Assembly: GCA_013416795.1 (NCBI GenBank)
Contig: RQSC01001014.1
Coordinates: forward strand, 1-5,922
Reading direction: 5' to 3'
Source: Prasinococcaceae sp. CCMP 1430
Taxonomy: Eukaryota; Plantae; Prasinodermophyta
DNA length: 5,922 nucleotides
Shown piece by piece: positions 4,912 through 5,922 of this stretch (within the stretch, counting starts at the first letter, position 1; the number at the start of each line of letters is the position of its first letter). A model generated the notes under the pieces. It was not told where the DNA came from, ran no database searches, and saw only the letters and a program-made list of their open reading frames with translations. The translations under genes and the position numbers were made by a program.

Positions 4912-5922
4912 TTAGAAGCCACTATCGGGCCCGCCCCGGGGTTGGCGCCGCGACCGCGCCTGTCAGCGCCGCGCATGCGCTTAGGTGCGCAGCGTCGCCA
5001 GGAAACACTCAGGCCAGGGCGCACGCGCTGAAGGCAGCGCGAGCAAAACATCGAGCTGAAACAGTCGACAGGCGTGGCGTCACCGGTCCGCGGCGCTGAC
5101 AGCACGTACATGAGGTCATCATCGCAGCCGATGCCAAACTCTTCACACTCGGAGTCGAGGTCAACCTCGCCGGTGCTGGCGCCGTACCGCTGTCCGAGCG
5201 CGCCGGGCTGAACAGGCGGCCGGCGGCCGGCAACGCCACTGGCGTAGAATTCCTGCATGGGGCGGACGGGCGCGTCGGGTGCGCGCCCCCATGCGCCGTC
5301 AGCACCGGCGCGCTCTGCCGGGCGTGTTTCGTGCCGAAACGTGCGCACGCCAGCCACGCGCTCGCACGCGCCCGCACGCTGCGCCTTCGCACCTTGATGT
5401 CGAGCTCGTCCATGCCGTTCTTCTGAAGTGCTGCCTCAAGGTCTTTCGAGCGCACCATCGGTATGCTGATGGTGATCTCACCCTCTCCCGGCGGGATTTC
5501 GGGCGCGAATGCGAGCTTGCCCGTGCCGCAGACGTTGGCACTGCTCTTGCACTTGTCCACCGCGCCCTCACCGCGCGAGTCGAAGACGGTGCCGTACACG
5601 TCCGCCTTGTACAGCGGGCCCTTGGACGGATTAGAAGTGTGCGCGGTGATGTACAGGCAGCGCTGCTCGATCTCGCCAGTGAACTGCGAGCTCATGCCTG
5701 ACACGCCACCGCCCAGGGAGGCGACGTTGTCGGGGCCCTTGTTGTCGCACTCCCCGATGACAGCGCGCAGGTCGGTCATCGCGACCTTCGTGTCCGCGAG
5801 CGCGGCGGGCGCGCCCGCCAGCGCGAGCGACGCGGCGAGGGCGAACGACGCGGACGCCGCGCCGAACCGCGCCAGCGCGCCGCCGTCTTCGGCCGCCACC
5901 CTCTCCTCCCTCACGCGCGCGC
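4912..5922 (-). CDS. 5'-partial predicted thylakoid-lumen protein resembling a cyanobacterial hypothetical family (exons >5922-5393, 5252-5110, probably 4921-4912)
   Basis: The frame is open to the window edge. A hydrophobic signal ASFALAASLALAGAPAALA ends in A-x-A, and the mature protein starts DTKV at 5794. The core C...CLYITAHTSNPSKGPLYKADVYGTVFD...EIPPGEGEITISIP...LDIK|EFYASG resembles, from memory, cyanobacterial C...C(F)(I)I.G...N.(S).K....AD(V)(F)G.(I)YD...E(V)PPG...(F).(I).(I)...L.LK.F.ASG proteins. The 3' exon choice is inferred. Confidence 0.75.
4922..5109 (-). other. Candidate 188-nt terminal intron of the lumenal-protein gene
   Basis: Donor AT|GTACGT at 5109 and branch GCTGAC at 4967-4962. 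The first usable AG downstream is at 4923-4922, giving ...CDDDLIGF* (TAA 4914-4912). Alternative acceptors exist at 5056 and 5028. Confidence 0.5.
5253..5392 (-). other. 140-nt GT-AG intron (phase 0)
   Basis: Donor AAG|GTGCGA at 5392, branch GCTGAC at 5303-5298, acceptor ATGCAG|G at 5253. Splicing switches ORF frames and gives LDIK-EFYASG, which completes the family motif. Confidence 0.88.

Noticed and set aside
735-5922. Possible functional cluster of plastid-related genes
   Set aside because: There is no shared pathway among the four genes, and plastid-targeted genes are common enough in algal genomes to neighbour each other by chance.

Overview
This is a gene-dense, very high-GC eukaryotic window, not a prokaryotic one. 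It has GT-AG spliceosomal introns (GTGCG donors, CTGAC branch sites) and plastid/thylakoid-type targeting peptides, so it is probably from a green-lineage alga (inference). There are four recognisable genes. (1) A DUF455 ferritin-like protein (-). (2) A divergently oriented Rubisco-LSMT-family SET-domain methyltransferase (+). (3) A two-exon gene (+) fusing a TFIIS N-terminal-like helical domain to an uncharacterised 'DPRGWFQWYCRY' domain that I know from bacteria, giant viruses and fungi. (4) A 5'-partial, intron-containing gene (-) for a predicted thylakoid-lumen protein resembling a cyanobacterial hypothetical family. The left end holds a Cys6-His zinc-ribbon ORF like a piggyBac transposase C-terminus, interrupted by a 20-bp tandem duplication. 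The best novelty candidate is the TFIIS-N fusion gene. Neither divergent gene has an in-frame AUG where its protein should start; consensus error is the most likely cause (there is an N at 1862). I see no rRNA, tRNA or CRISPR array. All family calls come from motif recognition by eye, not from searches.
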